Position numbers and translations under genes: made by a program. A stretch of 63,933 bases of DNA, filler included, from Octopus bimaculoides (Eukaryota): NCBI RefSeq assembly GCF_001194135.2. It is 6 parts of 6 records of this genome, joined end to end, with 100 filler letters (N's around TTAATTAATTAA, not from the genome) between each part and the next. Parts side by side here need not be neighbours in the genome. Positions count along the whole stretch, not along the records: positions 62,809 to 63,933 come from NW_026301534.1; 5 more parts are not named here. One strand, 5' to 3'. Under the pieces are notes generated by a model. That model saw only the letters and a program-made list of their open reading frames with translations. It was not told where the DNA came from and did no database searches. Of the stretch, positions 62,810 to 63,933 are shown piece after piece; the first letter of the stretch is position 1; each line of letters starts with the position of its first letter.

Positions 62810-63933
62810 GGGTTCTTTCATTCGTACGTACGTACGTACGTTCGTTCTTTCTTTCGATTGTTCGTACAGACGTATGTACGTACGTTCGTTCGATATTTCG
62901 TTCGTAACAACGTACGTTCGTAGTCCGTTCTTGCGTTCGTTCGTTCGATCGTAAATACGTAATAACGTAGGTACGTTCTTTCGTTCGTTCGTACGTACGT
63001 ACTTACGTAAGTTCATTCGTTTGTTCGTACTTTCGTACATACGTACATTCATCCGTTCGTACGTTCGCTCGTTCCCTCATTTTGTTCCTTCGTGCTTTCG
63101 TTTGTACGTACGTACTATCGTTCATTCGTACATACGTACGTTCTTTCATTCAATCATTCGTTCGTTCGTCCTTACGGACGGACATATGTAGAAGCTTTCG
63201 TTCGTTTATTCGTTCGTCCATACGTACGTATGGACATACGTTCGTTCGTTCGTTCGATCGTTCGTTCTTACGTACGTACGTTCGTTTATTCGTAAGTACG
63301 TACGTTCATAAGTACTTCCGGGCGTACATTCGTTCTTTCGGTCGTTCGTTCATTCGTGCGTGCGTACGTACATACGTTCGTTCTTTCATTCGTACGTACG
63401 AAAGTACGTTCGGTCGTTCGTTCGTTCGTTCCTTCGTACGTACATTTGTTCTTTTGATCATTCGTTCGTGCGTTCGTTCATACTTTCGTCCGTTCCTTCG
63501 TTCGTACGTACGTCCGTTCCTTCGTTCAATTGTTCATTCGTTCGCTCCTTCTTTCCTTCGTTCGATCGTTCGTTCGTTCGTTCGTTCGTTCGTACGTACT
63601 TAACTACGTACATACGTACGTTCATTCGTTCTTTCGTTTGTTCGTTCATTCGTACATACGTACGTATGTACGTACGTTCGTTCGTTAGTTCGTTCGTTCG
63701 TACAAACGTACTTACATACGTACGTACAAACATACGTTCGTTCGTTTGTTCGTTCGTTCGTACATACGTACTTATGTACGTACATTCGTTCGTAAGTTCG
63801 TTCGTAAGTACGTATGATCCTAAGTACGTACGTGCGTAAGTTCGTTGTTTCTTTCATTCGTACGTACGAAAGTACGTTCGGTTGTTCGTTCGTACGTTCG
63901 TTCGTACATACGTACGTACGTACGTATATACGT
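62810..63933. repeat. CpG-rich tetranucleotide mosaic satellite (CGTT/CGTA/CATT/CATA)
   Basis: More than 1.1 kb of interchangeable 4-mers, running to the window end. Confidence 0.95.

Noticed and set aside
63082-63839. RSFV/RTYV-repeat ORFs
   Set aside because: Translation of the tetranucleotide satellite.

Overview
AT-rich, gap-ridden animal genomic DNA, dominated by microsatellites and transposon debris. The SINE and LINE families look like Octopus, which is an inference from recalled repeat families and not a search. Five identical 100-nt spacers (44 N + TTAATTAATTAA + 44 N) mark artificial scaffold joins, so contiguity across them is not guaranteed. The one confidently identified host gene is ARPC2 (Arp2/3 complex p34 subunit) on the minus strand. 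Seven GT-AG coding exons (33911 to 24252, 710 nt) splice in frame. The N-terminal ~56 aa and the short last exon are not visible. The rest of the window contains several tRNA-derived SINE families (some in head-to-tail arrays), R4/Dong-like and RTE LINE fragments, Penelope-like GIY-YIG fragments, Tc1/mariner relics, MITE-like hairpins and simple repeats. There is no CRISPR array and no intact rRNA or tRNA gene. The best leads are: (1) a tRNA-headed short element with a Penelope-type tail, a decayed hammerhead core and inverted 3' copies at its 5' end; (2) a gapless 188-nt unclassified element present twice at the ARPC2 locus; (3) a perfect 76-bp palindrome inside eroded arms; (4) CpG erosion of repeats concentrated at the ARPC2 gene body. 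Nothing here proves a new biological system; these are hypotheses with stated tests. Exon and spacer coordinates are exact; repeat boundaries are approximate.
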